Assembly (NCBI GenBank): GCA_051294905.1
Contig: CM119384.1
Location: 4,030,001-4,094,000, forward strand
Direction of reading: 5' to 3'
Length of the DNA stretch: 64,000 bases
DNA from: Botryllus schlosseri
Lineage: Eukaryota
Part shown: piece after piece, positions 63,035 to 64,000 of the stretch
Numbering within the stretch: position 1 is the first letter of the stretch
Layout of the letters: each line of letters starts with the position of its first letter
Made by a program: the position numbers and the translations under genes
The notes under the pieces: generated by a model
What the model saw: the letters and a program-made list of their open reading frames with translations, nothing else
The model's database searches: none
Told to the model about the DNA's origin: nothing

Positions 63035-63607
63035 ATCACAAGGGGCTTGCTCCTCGCCTTTACGGTATGCAGGTATACCCACGGAGGCGGTTAATTCGAC
63101 ATCATCGTTATCGTCGCCTCAAATTCGCTTCATCATCTTCTTGAGAGAAAATGCTCTGTTCTAGCCGATTGTAACAAATTACCAGCATCGGATTTCAGAC
63201 GACGACCTCCGGTGCGAATGTTATCAGTCATGAGGGCAACCGAGGCAGTGATTACCTCATCGATTTATCATTGCGGCGCGATAACTTGACAGAACGCGGA
63301 CATGATTGCGTCCGCGGTCGATTTCTGGCCGTTAATTTCGCCGTGGTCTGCTTAGGCTGCAGATATCGAGCTGCAAATATATCTGAGTTCCATTTACTTT
63401 TTCACGAGTCTGCGCGCACTCACCGACTCACTGCGCATTCCATTGGATAACAGTGCGTAACGACTAAAAAGTTCACCACTTCGGCTTTTTTGCGCGCAGA
63501 TTGAAATTTCTGAGAGAGACCGTGTCAGCACCGCGCAATTGCGCCGCGCGTTAGCGCAGCTTAGAGGGAATAGTGTCTGTGATTCTGGTTTATCGGACTC
63601 CTGATTA

Positions 63608-63912
63608 GTTTCTATTTATTATATAAAAATAAATACCAAAAAATTTGGAAATTTTCTGTTCACCCCATGAAAGTGTTATGTCTACATCGTTTCTATAGAC
63701 AACCTAACACTTTCATGGGGTGAACAGAAAATTTCCAAATTTTTTGTTATTTATTATTATACGATAAATAGAAACTTTCTTCTCCTGTAGCAATGCGGCT
63801 ACTGGTTGGAATTGAACCAAATTTGGTGCGTAGGCTTAAATTCGGTAACCTAACAATTTTATCAAGTAGCCAGTACGATTTGAGAAAAAAAGTCATTTAT
63901 GAAGACCCCCTA
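63608..63912. mobile_element. Centrally deleted copy of the 11044 foldback family, still self-complementary
   Basis: 63608-63675 is inverted at ~63695-63775; ends gaagacccccta. Confidence 0.8.
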
Positions 63913-64000
63913 TTGTGCATTTGTACAGCAAGCCTGGCTCGTTTCGCGTTTTTCACAATTTTCGAAAAACACCCGAGTAAATATTTCCGAAAAGTAAATT

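Noticed and set aside
55343-64000. Glypican exon 3
   Set aside because: No long Cys-patterned exon is visible; it presumably lies beyond the window.

Overview
Intron-rich, AT-rich eukaryotic (metazoan, probably invertebrate deuterostome; tunicate-like is a guess) genomic DNA. No prokaryotic features, RNA genes or CRISPR arrays are supported. There are three protein-coding loci, all on the + strand. (1) 1535-4833: terminal exon of an upstream gene, a ~1100-aa acidic disordered segment with regularly spaced polybasic modules. (2) 15043-39151: a Rab27-effector (Slp/Slac2, exophilin-type) gene that the ORF track misses at its 5' end. It has two exons encoding a zinc-finger-less Slp-homology domain, at least nine frame-symmetric phase-1 micro-exons (33-75 nt), one ~14-kb exon with a 26-aa acidic repeat array, and a second phase-1 last exon that can replace the giant exon. 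Predicted products are ~4,900 aa and ~460 aa, and no C2-domain exons were found. (3) 47929-55342: exons 1-2 of a glypican (GPC3/5-like) that continues beyond the window. Intergenic and intronic DNA is rich in hAT-type MITEs with 8-bp target-site duplications, foldback elements, a decayed hAT-like transposase and tRNA-type SINE remnants. All exon structures were assembled by eye from splice signals and reading-frame arithmetic and need RNA confirmation. Most short ORFs in the supplied track are spurious.
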